NCBI RefSeq assembly: GCF_003019035.1
Contig: NZ_CP027447.1
Strand: one strand, 5' to 3'
Source: Escherichia coli
Lineage (GTDB): Bacteria > Pseudomonadota > Gammaproteobacteria > Enterobacterales > Enterobacteriaceae
Length of the DNA stretch: 64,000 nt
The translations under genes were made by a program, and so were the position numbers. Positions 33,179 to 44,804 of this stretch are shown here, piece after piece. How positions within the stretch are numbered: the first letter of the stretch is position 1; each line of letters opens with the position of its first letter. The notes under the pieces were generated by a model. That model was not told where the DNA came from and searched no databases. It saw nothing but the letters and a program-made list of their open reading frames with translations.

Positions 33179-33195
33179 AATTGGCAGTGCCACTT
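33179..33195. promoter_or_regulatory. Second LldR operator-like site (O2 candidate)
   Basis: AATTGGCAgTGCCActt with central palindrome TGGCA-G-TGCCA, about 75 nt upstream of the lldP ATG. Confidence 0.35.
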
Positions 33196-33267
33196 TTACA
33201 CAACGTGTGACAAGGAGATGAGCAACAGACTCATTACACGGCGTGTGTGGACTGCAGGAGACCTGCA

Positions 33268-34923
33268 ATGAATCTCTGGCAACAAAACTACGATCCCGCC
33301 GGGAATATCTGGCTTTCCAGCCTGATAGCATCGCTTCCCATCCTGTTTTTCTTCTTTGCGCTGATTAAGCTCAAACTGAAAGGATACGTCGCCGCCTCAT
33401 GGACGGTGGCAATCGCCCTTGCCGTGGCTTTGCTGTTCTATAAAATGCCGGTCGCTAACGCGCTGGCCTCGGTGGTTTATGGCTTCTTCTACGGGTTGTG
33501 GCCCATCGCGTGGATCATTATTGCAGCGGTGTTCGTCTATAAGATCTCGGTGAAAACCGGGCAGTTTGACATCATTCGCTCGTCTATTCTTTCGATAACC
33601 CCTGACCAGCGCCTGCAAATGCTGATCGTCGGTTTCTGTTTCGGCGCTTTCCTTGAAGGAGCCGCAGGCTTTGGCGCACCGGTAGCAATTACCGCCGCAT
33701 TGCTGGTCGGTCTGGGCTTTAAACCTCTCTACGCCGCCGGACTGTGCCTGATTGTTAACACCGCACCAGTGGCATTTGGCGCGATGGGTATTCCGATTCT
33801 GGTCGCCGGGCAGGTAACAGGCATCGACAGCTTTGAGATTGGTCAGATGGTGGGGCGTCAGCTGCCGTTTATGACCATTATCGTGCTGTTCTGGATCATG
33901 GCGATTATGGACGGTTGGCGCGGTATCAAAGAGACGTGGCCTGCGGTCGTGGTTGCAGGTGGTTCGTTTGCCATTGCTCAATACCTCAGCTCTAACTTCA
34001 TTGGGCCGGAACTGCCAGACATTATCTCTTCGCTGGTATCACTGCTCTGCCTGACGCTGTTCCTCAAACGCTGGCAACCAGTGCGCGTATTCCGCTTCGG
34101 TGACTTAGGGGCGTCACAGGTTGATATGACGCTGGCTCACACAGGTTACACGGCAGGTCAGGTGCTGCGCGCCTGGACACCGTTCCTGTTCCTGACCGCC
34201 ACCGTAACGCTGTGGAGTATCCCGCCGTTTAAAGCCCTGTTCGCTTCAGGCGGTGCGCTGTATGAGTGGGTGATCAACATTCCGGTGCCGTACCTCGATA
34301 AACTGGTTGCCCGTATGCCGCCAGTGGTCAGCGAAGCGACAGCGTATGCCGCCGTGTTTAAGTTTGACTGGTTCTCTGCCACCGGTACCGCCATTCTGTT
34401 TGCTGCCCTGCTCTCGATTGTCTGGCTGAAGATGAAACCATCTGACGCTATCAGCACCTTCGGCAGCACGCTGAAAGAACTGGCTCTGCCTATCTACTCC
34501 ATCGGTATGGTGCTGGCGTTCGCCTTTATCTCGAACTATTCCGGACTATCATCAACGCTGGCGCTGGCACTGGCGCACACCGGCCATGCATTCACCTTCT
34601 TCTCGCCGTTCCTCGGCTGGCTGGGGGTATTCCTGACCGGGTCGGATACCTCATCTAACGCCCTGTTCGCCGCCCTGCAAGCCACTGCAGCACAACAAAT
34701 TGGCGTTTCTGACCTGTTGTTGGTTGCCGCCAACACCACAGGTGGTGTCACCGGTAAGATGATCTCTCCGCAATCTATCGCTATCGCCTGTGCGGCGGTA
34801 GGCCTGGTAGGCAAAGAGTCAGATCTGTTCCGCTTTACCGTCAAACACAGCCTGATCTTCACCTGTATGGTGGGCGTGATCACCACGCTTCAGGCTTATG
34901 TCTTAACGTGGATGATTCCTTAA
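33268..34923 (+). CDS. lldP: L-lactate permease
   Basis: 551-aa product from ATG 33268 ([29 protein letters not shown]...); ORF-track start 33247 is a GTG extension. Confidence 0.95.
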
Positions 34924-35699
34924 TGATTGTTTTACCCAGACGCCTGTCAGACGAGGTTGCCGATCGTGTGCGGGCGCTGATTGATGAAAAAAACCTGGAG
35001 GCGGGCATGAAGTTGCCCGCTGAACGTCAACTGGCGATGCAACTCGGCGTATCGCGTAATTCACTGCGCGAGGCGCTGGCAAAACTGGTGAGCGAAGGCG
35101 TGCTACTTAGTCGACGCGGCGGCGGGACGTTTATTCGCTGGCGTCATGACACATGGTCGGAGCAAAACATCGTCCAGCCGCTGAAAACGCTGATGGCCGA
35201 TGATCCGGATTACAGTTTCGATATTCTGGAAGCCCGCTACGCCATTGAAGCCAGCACCGCGTGGCATGCGGCAATGCGCGCCACACCTGGCGAAAAAGAA
35301 AAGATTCAGCTTTGCTTTGAAGCAACGCTAAGTGAAGACCCGGATCTCGCCTCACAAGCGGACGTTCGTTTTCATCTGGCGATTGCCGAAGCCTCACATA
35401 ACATCGTGCTGCTGCAAACCATGCGCGGTTTCTTCGATGTCCTGCAATCCTCCGTGAAGCATAGCCGCCAGCGGATGTATCTGGTACCCCCGGTTTTTTC
35501 ACAGCTGACCGAACAACATCAGGCAGTCATTGACGCCATTTTTGCCGGTGATGCTGACGGGGCGCGTAAAGCAATGATGGCGCACCTTAGCTTTGTTCAC
35601 ACCACCATGAAACGATTCGATGAAGATCAAGCTCGCCATGCACGCATTACCCGCCTGCCTGGTGACCATAATGAGCATTCGAGGGAGAAAAACGCATGA
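34923..35699 (+). CDS. lldR: GntR-family L-lactate operon regulator
   Basis: 258-aa product from ATG 34923 ([28 protein letters not shown]...), overlapping the lldP stop; ORF-track start 34908 adds 5 codons. Confidence 0.9.
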
Positions 35700-36886
35700 T
35701 TATTTCCGCAGCCAGCGATTATCGCGCCGCAGCACAACGCATTCTGCCGCCGTTCCTGTTCCACTATATGGATGGGGGTGCATATTCTGAATACACACTG
35801 CGCCGCAACGTGGAAGATTTGTCAGAAGTGGCGCTGCGCCAGCGTATTCTGAAAAACATGTCTGACTTAAGCCTGGAAACGACGCTGTTTAATGAGAAAT
35901 TGTCGATGCCGGTGGCGCTGGCTCCGGTGGGTTTGTGTGGCATGTATGCGCGTCGTGGCGAAGTTCAGGCTGCCAAAGCGGCGGATGCGCATGGCATTCC
36001 GTTTACTCTCTCGACGGTTTCCGTTTGCCCGATTGAAGAAGTCGCTCCAGCCATTAAACGTCCGATGTGGTTCCAGCTTTATGTGCTGCGCGATCGCGGC
36101 TTTATGCGTAACGCGCTGGAGCGAGCAAAAGCGGCAGGCTGCTCGACGCTGGTTTTCACCGTGGATATGCCGACACCGGGCGCGCGTTACCGTGATGCAC
36201 ACTCGGGTATGAGCGGCCCAAATGCGGCAATGCGCCGTTACTTGCAGGCGGTGACGCATCCGCAATGGGCGTGGGATGTGGGCCTGAACGGTCGTCCACA
36301 TGATTTAGGTAATATCTCGGCTTACCTCGGCAAACCGACCGGACTGGAAGATTACATCGGCTGGTTGGGGAATAACTTCGATCCGTCCATCTCATGGAAA
36401 GACCTTGAGTGGATCCGCGATTTCTGGGATGGTCCGATGGTGATCAAAGGGATCCTCGATCCGGAAGATGCGCGCGATGCAGTACGTTTTGGTGCTGATG
36501 GGATTGTGGTTTCTAACCACGGTGGCCGCCAGCTGGACGGTGTACTCTCTTCCGCTCGTGCATTGCCCGCTATTGCGGATGCGGTGAAAGGTGATATTGC
36601 CATTCTGGCAGATAGCGGGATTCGTAACGGGCTTGATGTCGTGCGTATGATTGCGCTCGGTGCCGACACCGTACTGCTGGGTCGTGCTTTCCTGTATGCG
36701 CTGGCAACAGCGGGCCAGGCGGGTGTAGCTAACCTGCTGAATCTGATCGAAAAAGAGATGAAAGTGGCAATGACGCTGACTGGCGCGAAATCGATTAGCG
36801 AAATTACGCAAGATTCGCTGGTGCAGGGGCTGGGTAAAGAATTGCCTGCGGCACTAGCTCCGATGGCGAAAGGGAATGCGGCATAG
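35696..36886 (+). CDS. lldD: FMN-dependent L-lactate dehydrogenase
   Basis: 396-aa [41 protein letters not shown]...; start overlaps the lldR stop (ATGA). Confidence 0.95.
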
Positions 36887-36958
36887 TTGGGGGTGAGGGG
36901 AAAAGGCCGTACCAATCACCAATTTTCTGCTATCCTGCCCCCGCACTAAGGGGGCAGT

Positions 36959-37432
36959 ATGCTAAACATCGTACTTTACGAACCAGAAATTCCGCCAAAT
37001 ACTGGCAACATCATCCGTCTTTGCGCTAATACCGGCTTTCGTCTGCATATCATCGAACCGATGGGATTTGCCTGGGACGATAAGCGCCTGCGCCGCGCGG
37101 GGCTGGACTATCACGAGTTTACCGCCGTTACGCGTCATCATGACTATCGCGCGTTCCTCGAAGCAGAAAATCCCCAGCGCCTGTTTGCCCTCACCACGAA
37201 AGGTACGCCTGCTCACAGCGCCGTAAGCTATCAGGATGGCGATTATCTGATGTTCGGCCCGGAAACACGCGGCCTGCCAGCAAGCATTCTTGATGCCCTG
37301 CCCGCTGAACAAAAAATTCGCATTCCAATGGTGCCGGACAGCCGCAGCATGAACCTGTCCAATGCGGTGTCGGTCGTGGTGTATGAAGCCTGGCGGCAGC
37401 TGGGATATCCGGGAGCGGTGTTGAGAGATTAG
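36959..37432 (+). CDS. trmL: tRNA (cytidine/uridine-2'-O)-methyltransferase (SpoU family)
   Basis: 157-aa [44 protein letters not shown]... Confidence 0.92.
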   Translation: MLNIVLYEPEIPPNTGNIIRLCANTGFRLHIIEPMGFAWDDKRLRRAGLDYHEFTAVTRHHDYRAFLEAENPQRLFALTTKGTPAHSAVSYQDGDYLMFGPETRGLPASILDALPAEQKIRIPMVPDSRSMNLSNAVSVVVYEAWRQLGYPGAVLRD

Positions 37433-37440
37433 TTACTGTA

Positions 37441-37471
37441 TGCCGGATAGATGATTACATCGCATCCGGCA
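37441..37471. terminator. Candidate bidirectional terminator / REP-like hairpin between convergent trmL and cysE
   Basis: TGCCGGAT-(15 nt)-ATCCGGCA inverted repeat, 9 nt after the trmL stop and 14 nt after the cysE stop. Confidence 0.45.
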
Positions 37472-37484
37472 CAATCACAGGACG

Positions 37485-38306
37485 TCAGATCCCATCCCCA
37501 TATTCAAACGTATGGTTAATACCGTTGAAATGCTGATCCATATCCATTGACGGTTTATCGCTATCCGGCTTGCCGACAATGCGTGCCGGAACGCCAGCGG
37601 CGGTGGTATGCGGCGGCACCGGTTGCAGCACCACGGAACCTGCGCCAATCTTCGCGCCGCGCCCAACTTCAATATTGCCGAGAATTTTCGCGCCCGCGCC
37701 AATCATCACACCTTCACGAATTTTCGGATGACGGTCGCCACCAGATTTACCCGTACCGCCAAGCGTCACAGATTGCAGAATCGACACGTCGTTTTCAATC
37801 ACCGCCGTTTCACCCACAACGATGCCCGTGGCGTGGTCGAGCATAATGCCACGGCCAATTTTTGCTGCCGGGTGAATATCAACCTGGAACGTTACAGAAA
37901 CCTGGTTTTGCAGAAATATTGCCAGTGCGCGGCGGCCCTGATTCCACAGCCAGTGACCGATACGATAGGCCTGCAAGGCATGAAAACCTTTCAGATATAA
38001 CAATGGAGTCGAGTATTTATCCACCGCCGGGTCGCGGGTACGCACTGCCTGAATATCACAGGCCGCAGAGGCGATCATTTCCGGGTCGGCGGCGTAGGCT
38101 TCTTCGACCACTTCACGGATAGCAATAGCAGGCATAATGGGCGATGACAGCTTGTTCGCCAGCATGTAGCTCAGTGCACTGCCAAGGTTTTCGTGCTTGA
38201 GTAGCGTCGCGTGGTAAAAACTGGCCAGCATTGGCTCACAATCCGCCAGCGTTCTGGCTTCGGCTTTAATATTGTTCCAGACAATTTCCAGTTCTTCACA
38301 CGACAT
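37485..38306 (-). CDS. cysE: Serine O-acetyltransferase
   Basis: 273-aa ORF MSCEELEIVWNNIKAEARTLADCEPMLASFYHATLLKHENLG... with hexapeptide-repeat region. Confidence 0.95.
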   Translation of the reverse strand: MSCEELEIVWNNIKAEARTLADCEPMLASFYHATLLKHENLGSALSYMLANKLSSPIMPAIAIREVVEEAYAADPEMIASAACDIQAVRTRDPAVDKYSTPLLYLKGFHALQAYRIGHWLWNQGRRALAIFLQNQVSVTFQVDIHPAAKIGRGIMLDHATGIVVGETAVIENDVSILQSVTLGGTGKSGGDRHPKIREGVMIGAGAKILGNIEVGRGAKIGAGSVVLQPVPPHTTAAGVPARIVGKPDSDKPSMDMDQHFNGINHTFEYGDGI

Positions 38307-38385
38307 TGCTTACTCCACACGATGAGATAATGACCGGCCCGTTCTGCGCGGGCCGGGTCATAGTGGTAACAAAGGTTCCCTGGTT

Positions 38386-39405
38386 TTAGTGGCTACTGCG
38401 CTCGTCCTTGCGTGCACGACCTAGTAAAGTCAATGCTGCCTCGCGCGCGTTTTTTCCGCAATATAATACTTGATAAATTTCCTCGGTTATTGGCATTTCA
38501 ACGCCGAAGCGATGCGCCAGTTCGCGGACTTCTTTCGTATTGCGGTAGCCTTCCACCACCTGACCAATCTTCTCCTGCGCGCTTTGTACATCCATGCCCT
38601 GACCGAGCATCATGCCAAAACGGCGGTTACGCGACTGGTTGTCGGTACAGGTAAGCACCAGATCGCCCAGCCCCGCCATGCCCATAAAGGTGGCAGGATC
38701 GGCACCCAGCGCAGCGCCAAGACGCGACATTTCAGCCAGCCCACGGGTGATCAGTGCCGTACGCGCATTCGCACCAAAACCGATACCGTCGGACATCCCC
38801 GCGCCAATGGCAATGACGTTTTTCACCGCGCCGCCAAGCTGCACACCGATGAAATCCGGGTTGCTGTAAACGCGGAAACTTTTGCCACAGTGCAGCAATT
38901 GCTGGAGATCATCGGCAAAGGTCTGGTCGGTCGAGGCCAGCGAAATGGCCGTCGGTAAACCTGCCGCCAGTTCTTTCGCAAACGTTGGGCCAGAGATAAC
39001 CGCCAGCGGAATTTGATCGCCTAACGCCTCACGCGCCACGTCCTGCAACAGACGCCCGGTTTCCGCTTCCAGCCCTTTGGTCGCCCACACCAGACGCGCA
39101 TCAGGACGCATCAGCGGTTTAATCTGACGCAGCACTTCACCAAAGACATGGCTGGGTACGACGACGAGAATATTACGGCTGGCTGCCAGCGCAGTGGCGA
39201 GATCGCTTTCAAGATGGAGCGTATCGGGAAAAGGCACATCGGGGAGAAACGCGGCGTTACAGCGGTCGCGTTCAAGCGTTGCGATATGTTCAGGGTCATG
39301 GCCCCAGAGGACAACCTCGTGGCCATTTCTTGCCAGGGTGATGGCAAGAGCGGTGCCGTACGAGCCGGCACCGATCACAGTCATTGAAGCATTACGTTGG
39401 TTCAT
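38386..39405 (-). CDS. gpsA: NAD(P)H-dependent glycerol-3-phosphate dehydrogenase
   Basis: 339-aa [40 protein letters not shown]... Confidence 0.95.
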   Translation of the reverse strand: MNQRNASMTVIGAGSYGTALAITLARNGHEVVLWGHDPEHIATLERDRCNAAFLPDVPFPDTLHLESDLATALAASRNILVVVPSHVFGEVLRQIKPLMRPDARLVWATKGLEAETGRLLQDVAREALGDQIPLAVISGPTFAKELAAGLPTAISLASTDQTFADDLQQLLHCGKSFRVYSNPDFIGVQLGGAVKNVIAIGAGMSDGIGFGANARTALITRGLAEMSRLGAALGADPATFMGMAGLGDLVLTCTDNQSRNRRFGMMLGQGMDVQSAQEKIGQVVEGYRNTKEVRELAHRFGVEMPITEEIYQVLYCGKNAREAALTLLGRARKDERSSH

Positions 39406-39872
39406 CAGGCATCCTGATGTTCTTCAGTACCTTCGCCAGCCTGCTGCTGCAAATAGTTCATGAACAGCGCATCGAAGTTAACCGGCGCAAGGTTCAGTTG
39501 CGGGAATGTACCGCGGGATACCATGCTGGTGATGCACTCACGAGCATACGGGAACAGAATGTTCGGGCAGTATGCGCCCAGGCAATGTGCCATCTGGGTG
39601 CCTTCGATACCCGCGATGGAGAAAATACCGCCCTGCTGAACTTCACACAGGAACGCGGTTTCTTCGCCCAGGGAGGCCGTTACGGTAACACGCAGTACCA
39701 CTTCGTAAACGTCATCTGCCAGTTGAGAAGATGCCGTATCCAGATCAAGTTTAACTTCTGGCTGCCAATCTTTCTGGAAAACGTGCGGCGCGTTCGGCGC
39801 TTCGAAAGAAATATCCTTGGTATAAATACGTTGGATCTGGAAAGTCATTTCGGTGTTGTTTTGTTCTGACAT
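39405..39872 (-). CDS. secB: Protein-export chaperone SecB
   Basis: 155-aa [42 protein letters not shown]...; 1-nt overlap with gpsA. Confidence 0.95.
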
Positions 39873-39934
39873 GTGTAGAAAACCCTTAAGTGTTGTCCTT
39901 AAATACTGCGCAATGTAATGCCAACGCTCACACG

Positions 39935-40186
39935 TTATTTCAGCAGGGGATCCAGTCCACCACGTGCATCCAATGCATACAAGTCATCACAGCCGCCAAT
40001 GTGCTGTGCGTCAATAAAAATCTGGGGAACCGTGGTGCGACCGCTGCGTTTGATCATCTCTTCACGCTTAGCGGCGTTGCCATCGATCGGCAACTCCTGA
40101 AAACTCACGCCCTTGCTGCTCAGCAGTGCTTTCGCACGATGGCAATACGGGCAGGTTTCTTTGGTATAGATTTCAACATTGGCCAT
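39935..40186 (-). CDS. grxC: Glutaredoxin 3
   Basis: 83-aa [25 protein letters not shown]... with CPYC active site. Confidence 0.95.
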
Positions 40187-40327
40187 AACTTAGCTCCTGT
40201 TTTTTTACCCTGAAATTTCTTGTTGCAGGGCGGCTGCAAAATGGAGTGTCCCCAGAAGCTTATAACAATAAGTCGCTGGGGGCCTAATTGCAGCTAACGG
40301 CCTGCATCATGAAAGACGACAGGTAAA

Positions 40328-40759
40328 TTATTTGCCGCGCACCAGAGGTAAGTTTTCGCCAGCCCAGCCAGCAACGCCCTCTTTCAGCACGAATACTTGC
40401 GCAAAACCAGCTTTCGTCAGCGCGTTTGCAGGCTCCTGGCACTGCATGCCAGAACCGTCTACCACGATAACCGGTTTGTCTTTGTGCTTCTCAAGCTCAC
40501 CAACATTGTTGGCTTTGATTTCGCTCGGCAACAGGTTGATAGAACCTGCGATATGGCCTTTACGGAAGTCATCACGCTGACGTAAATCCACAACCACAGC
40601 GTCTTCTTTGTTGATCAGACGCGTAGCTTCACCACGAGTAATCACCTTCACTTTCGAGGTCAGGCTCTTAAACGTAGTCACAAGAACCGCCACCAGTAAC
40701 GCGATCCAGGCGATACTCAGTATGGGATGACGGCCAACAAATTGCATAATTTCTTGCAT
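40328..40759 (-). CDS. yibN: Rhodanese-domain membrane-anchored protein
   Basis: 143-aa product from ATG 40759 ([27 protein letters not shown]...); ORF-track start 40771 adds 4 codons. Confidence 0.85.
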
Positions 40760-41003
40760 GGGGGGTAACAACTCCCGACGTAGTGATTAAAAAAACCAGG
40801 AAAGGAGTATACCTGCGCAGTGCGGCAAATACAGCCAGCGCGTTAACTGGAATGCAATTTTGCGGGGCGCGACGAAAAAAAAGCGTAAATCTGGCATCGG
40901 CTTGCCGCGAGCGGTCGTATATTTTGATCTTCAGAGGCTATTTTATCGATTCAGCTGTAGTAAAATTACGCAAATTTTGACTCTTGAGTATGAGGTTGTC
41001 GCA

Positions 41004-42548
41004 ATGTCGGTTTCTAAAAAACCTATGGTACTGGTGATTCTGGATGGCTATGGCTATCGCGAAGAACAGCAGGATAACGCCATTTTTAGTGCTAAAACCC
41101 CGGTAATGGATGCACTGTGGGCCAATCGTCCGCATACCCTGATCGACGCTTCCGGTTTGGAAGTCGGTCTGCCTGACCGTCAGATGGGTAACTCCGAAGT
41201 AGGCCACGTTAACCTGGGTGCCGGCCGCATCGTGTATCAGGACCTGACTCGTCTGGACGTTGAAATCAAAGATCGCACTTTCTTTGCTAATCCGGTGCTG
41301 ACTGGTGCGGTAGATAAAGCGAAAAACGCAGGCAAAGCAGTACACATTATGGGTCTGCTCTCCGCAGGCGGCGTACACAGCCACGAAGATCACATCATGG
41401 CGATGGTAGAACTGGCAGCTGAACGCGGCGCAGAAAAAATTTACCTGCACGCATTCCTTGACGGTCGCGACACTCCGCCGCGCAGTGCTGAATCCTCGCT
41501 GAAAAAATTCGAAGAGAAATTTGCCGCGCTGGGTAAAGGCCGCGTAGCGTCTATCATTGGTCGTTACTACGCCATGGATCGCGATAACCGTTGGGATCGC
41601 GTTGAAAAAGCTTATGACCTGCTGACTCTGGCGCAGGGTGAGTTCCAGGCCGATACCGCCGTTGCTGGTTTGCAGGCAGCTTATGCTCGCGACGAAAACG
41701 ACGAGTTCGTGAAAGCGACCGTTATTCGTGCAGAAGGTCAGCCAGACGCGGCAATGGAAGACGGCGATGCGCTGATTTTCATGAACTTCCGTGCTGACCG
41801 CGCGCGTGAAATCACTCGTGCATTCGTGAACGCTGATTTCGATGGCTTCGCGCGTAAAAAAGTGGTTAACGTCGATTTCGTGATGCTGACCGAATACGCC
41901 GCTGACATCAAAACTGCGGTTGCTTACCCACCAGCTTCCCTGGTTAACACCTTCGGCGAGTGGATGGCGAAAAACGACAAAACTCAGTTGCGTATTTCCG
42001 AAACCGAAAAATATGCCCACGTCACTTTCTTCTTTAACGGTGGCGTAGAAGAGTCGTTCAAAGGCGAAGATCGCATTCTGATCAACTCACCGAAAGTGGC
42101 TACCTACGATCTGCAACCGGAAATGAGCTCCGCAGAGCTGACCGAAAAACTGGTTGCGGCAATCAAGAGCGGCAAATACGACACCATTATCTGTAACTAT
42201 CCGAACGGCGACATGGTAGGTCACACCGGGGTGATGGAAGCGGCGGTTAAAGCGGTTGAAGCGCTGGATCACTGCGTGGAAGAAGTCGCGAAAGCGGTTG
42301 AGTCCGTGGGTGGACAACTGCTGATCACCGCTGACCACGGTAACGCTGAACAGATGCGCGATCCGGCAACGGGTCAGGCACACACAGCACACACCAACCT
42401 GCCAGTTCCGCTGATTTACGTTGGTGATAAGAACGTGAAAGCGGTTGAAGGCGGCAAACTTTCTGACATCGCGCCGACCATGTTGTCGCTGATGGGTATG
42501 GAAATCCCGCAAGAGATGACTGGTAAGCCGCTGTTCATCGTGGAATAA
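41004..42548 (+). CDS. gpmM: 2,3-bisphosphoglycerate-independent phosphoglycerate mutase
   Basis: 514-aa product from ATG 41004 ([28 protein letters not shown]...); ORF-track start 40860 is an upstream extension. Confidence 0.93.
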   Translation: MSVSKKPMVLVILDGYGYREEQQDNAIFSAKTPVMDALWANRPHTLIDASGLEVGLPDRQMGNSEVGHVNLGAGRIVYQDLTRLDVEIKDRTFFANPVLTGAVDKAKNAGKAVHIMGLLSAGGVHSHEDHIMAMVELAAERGAEKIYLHAFLDGRDTPPRSAESSLKKFEEKFAALGKGRVASIIGRYYAMDRDNRWDRVEKAYDLLTLAQGEFQADTAVAGLQAAYARDENDEFVKATVIRAEGQPDAAMEDGDALIFMNFRADRAREITRAFVNADFDGFARKKVVNVDFVMLTEYAADIKTAVAYPPASLVNTFGEWMAKNDKTQLRISETEKYAHVTFFFNGGVEESFKGEDRILINSPKVATYDLQPEMSSAELTEKLVAAIKSGKYDTIICNYPNGDMVGHTGVMEAAVKAVEALDHCVEEVAKAVESVGGQLLITADHGNAEQMRDPATGQAHTAHTNLPVPLIYVGDKNVKAVEGGKLSDIAPTMLSLMGMEIPQEMTGKPLFIVE

Positions 42549-42581
42549 TCCCTCCCCATGAGGGGAAAGGCGATTAATACC

Positions 42582-43841
42582 ATGACACGGGCCGTGAAAC
42601 CGCGCAGGTTTGCAATCAGGCCCATCATCTACGCCAGCGTTCTGAGCGCTGGCGTATTGTTGTGCGCCTTTTCCGCCCACGCGGATGAGCGTGACCAACT
42701 CAAATCCATTCAGGCTGACATCGCCGCGAAAGAGCGCGCGGTACGCCAAAAGCAACAACAACGCGCAAGCCTGCTCGCACAATTGAAAAAGCAGGAAGAA
42801 GCGATCTCGGAAGCCACCCGTAAGCTGCGTGAAACGCAAAACACCCTCAATCAACTGAATCAACAGATTGATGAGATGAACGCGTCGATTGCGAAGCTGG
42901 AGCAGCAAAAAGCCGCCCAGGAACGCAGCCTCGCCGCACAACTGGATGCCGCATTCCGTCAGGGCGAGCATACTGGTATTCAGCTGATTCTTAGCGGTGA
43001 AGAAAGCCAGCGCGGTCAGCGCTTACAGGCTTATTTCGGCTATCTCAACCAGGCGCGACAAGAAACCATTGCTCAGTTGAAGCAAACGCGTGAAGAAGTC
43101 GCTATGCAGCGTGCCGAACTGGAAGAGAAACAGAGCGAGCAACAAACGCTTTTATATGAGCAGCGCGCCCAACAAGCGAAGCTAACCCAGGCGCTGAGCG
43201 AGCGTAAAAAGACGCTGGCAGGGCTGGAGTCTTCCATCCAGCAAGGTCAGCAACAGTTGAGCGAGCTGCGCGCCAACGAATCCCGCCTGCGTAACAGCAT
43301 TGCCCGTGCGGAAGCTGCGGCGAAAGCGCGTGCTGAACGTGAAGCGCGCGAAGCCCAGGCGGTTCGCGACCGCCAGAAAGAAGCGACGCGCAAAGGCACC
43401 ACCTACAAACCGACCGAAAGCGAAAAATCGCTGATGTCCCGAACTGGTGGCCTGGGTGCGCCGCGTGGTCAGGCATTCTGGCCGGTTCGCGGGCCGACGC
43501 TGCATCGCTATGGTGAACAGCTACAGGGCGAACTACGCTGGAAAGGAATGGTTATCGGTGCCTCTGAAGGTACTGAAGTTAAAGCGATTGCCGACGGCCG
43601 GGTGATTCTGGCTGACTGGCTGCAAGGCTACGGTCTGGTGGTGGTGGTTGAGCACGGTAAAGGCGACATGAGTCTTTACGGCTATAATCAGAGCGCACTG
43701 GTGAGCGTTGGTTCGCAGGTTCGCGCGGGCCAGCCAATTGCACTGGTGGGCAGCAGTGGCGGTCAGGGTCGGCCTTCACTCTATTTCGAAATTCGCCGCC
43801 AGGGTCAGGCGGTCAATCCACAGCCGTGGTTGGGAAGATAA
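42582..43841 (+). CDS. envC: Murein hydrolase activator EnvC (coiled-coil plus LytM domain)
   Basis: 419-aa product from ATG 42582 (MTRAVKPRRFAIRPIIYASVLSAGVLLCAFSAHA...); long coiled coil then C-terminal LytM-like domain. Confidence 0.92.
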   Translation: MTRAVKPRRFAIRPIIYASVLSAGVLLCAFSAHADERDQLKSIQADIAAKERAVRQKQQQRASLLAQLKKQEEAISEATRKLRETQNTLNQLNQQIDEMNASIAKLEQQKAAQERSLAAQLDAAFRQGEHTGIQLILSGEESQRGQRLQAYFGYLNQARQETIAQLKQTREEVAMQRAELEEKQSEQQTLLYEQRAQQAKLTQALSERKKTLAGLESSIQQGQQQLSELRANESRLRNSIARAEAAAKARAEREAREAQAVRDRQKEATRKGTTYKPTESEKSLMSRTGGLGAPRGQAFWPVRGPTLHRYGEQLQGELRWKGMVIGASEGTEVKAIADGRVILADWLQGYGLVVVVEHGKGDMSLYGYNQSALVSVGSQVRAGQPIALVGSSGGQGRPSLYFEIRRQGQAVNPQPWLGR

Positions 43842-43844
43842 GTT

Positions 43845-44804
43845 TTGTTTCCATTTCGTCGTAACGTTCTTGCATTTGCCGCTCTGTTGGCGCTCTCCTC
43901 CCCCGTAATTGCTGGCAAACTTGCCATCGTCATTGATGATTTTGGGTATCGCCCGCACAACGAAAACCAGGTGCTGGCGATGCCTTCCGCTATCTCCGTC
44001 GCTGTATTACCCGATTCACCGCACGCCAGAGAGATGGCGACCAAAGCGCATAACAGCGGTCACGAAGTGTTGATTCATCTCCCGATGGCACCGTTGAGTA
44101 AACAGCCGCTGGAGAAAAATACGCTGCGCCCGGAGATGAGCAGCGACGAAATTGAGCGCATTATTCGTAGTGCGGTCAATAACGTGCCCTATGCCGTGGG
44201 GATCAATAACCACATGGGCAGCAAGATGACCTCTAACCTGTTTGGTATGCAGAAAGTGATGCAGGCGCTGGAGCGTTACAATCTTTACTTCCTCGACAGC
44301 GTAACCATCGGTAATACCCAGGCGATGCGCGCCGCGCAAGGCACTGGCGTGAAGGTGATCAAACGGAAGGTGTTCCTCGACGATTCGCAGAACGAAGCGG
44401 ACATCCGTGTACAGTTTAATCGCGCAATTGACCTGGCGCGTCGCAACGGATCAACCATTGCCATTGGGCATCCTCACCCTTCAACGGTACGCGTGCTACA
44501 ACAGATGGTTTATAACCTGCCGCCAGACATTACGCTGGTGAAAGCCAGCAGCTTGCTGAATGAACCGCAGGTTGATACGTCTACACCGCCGAAAAACACT
44601 GTGCCCGACGCACCGCGTAATCCGTTCCGTGGCGTGAAGCTCTGCAAACCGAAGAAACCGCTGGAACCTGTTTATGCTAATCGCTTCTTTGAAGTATTAA
44701 GCGAAAGCATCAGCCAGAGCACGCTGATCGTTTACTTCCAGCATCAGTGGCAAGGCTGGGGCAAACAGCCTGAAGCGGCGAAGCTTAACGCTAGCGCAAA
44801 TTAA
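43845..44804 (+). CDS. yibQ: Divergent polysaccharide deacetylase family protein
   Basis: 319-aa ORF with TTG start 4 nt after envC; signal peptide MFPFRRNVLAFAALLALSSPVIAG. Confidence 0.8.
   Translation: MFPFRRNVLAFAALLALSSPVIAGKLAIVIDDFGYRPHNENQVLAMPSAISVAVLPDSPHAREMATKAHNSGHEVLIHLPMAPLSKQPLEKNTLRPEMSSDEIERIIRSAVNNVPYAVGINNHMGSKMTSNLFGMQKVMQALERYNLYFLDSVTIGNTQAMRAAQGTGVKVIKRKVFLDDSQNEADIRVQFNRAIDLARRNGSTIAIGHPHPSTVRVLQQMVYNLPPDITLVKASSLLNEPQVDTSTPPKNTVPDAPRNPFRGVKLCKPKKPLEPVYANRFFEVLSESISQSTLIVYFQHQWQGWGKQPEAAKLNASAN

Noticed and set aside
33397-34886. Minus-strand ORFs of 194, 103 and 116 codons within lldP
   Set aside because: Antisense to the lactate permease gene; compositionally biased translations.
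40938-42971. Minus-strand ORFs of 360 and 294 codons overlapping gpmM and envC
   Set aside because: Antisense to highly conserved housekeeping genes; no supporting signals.
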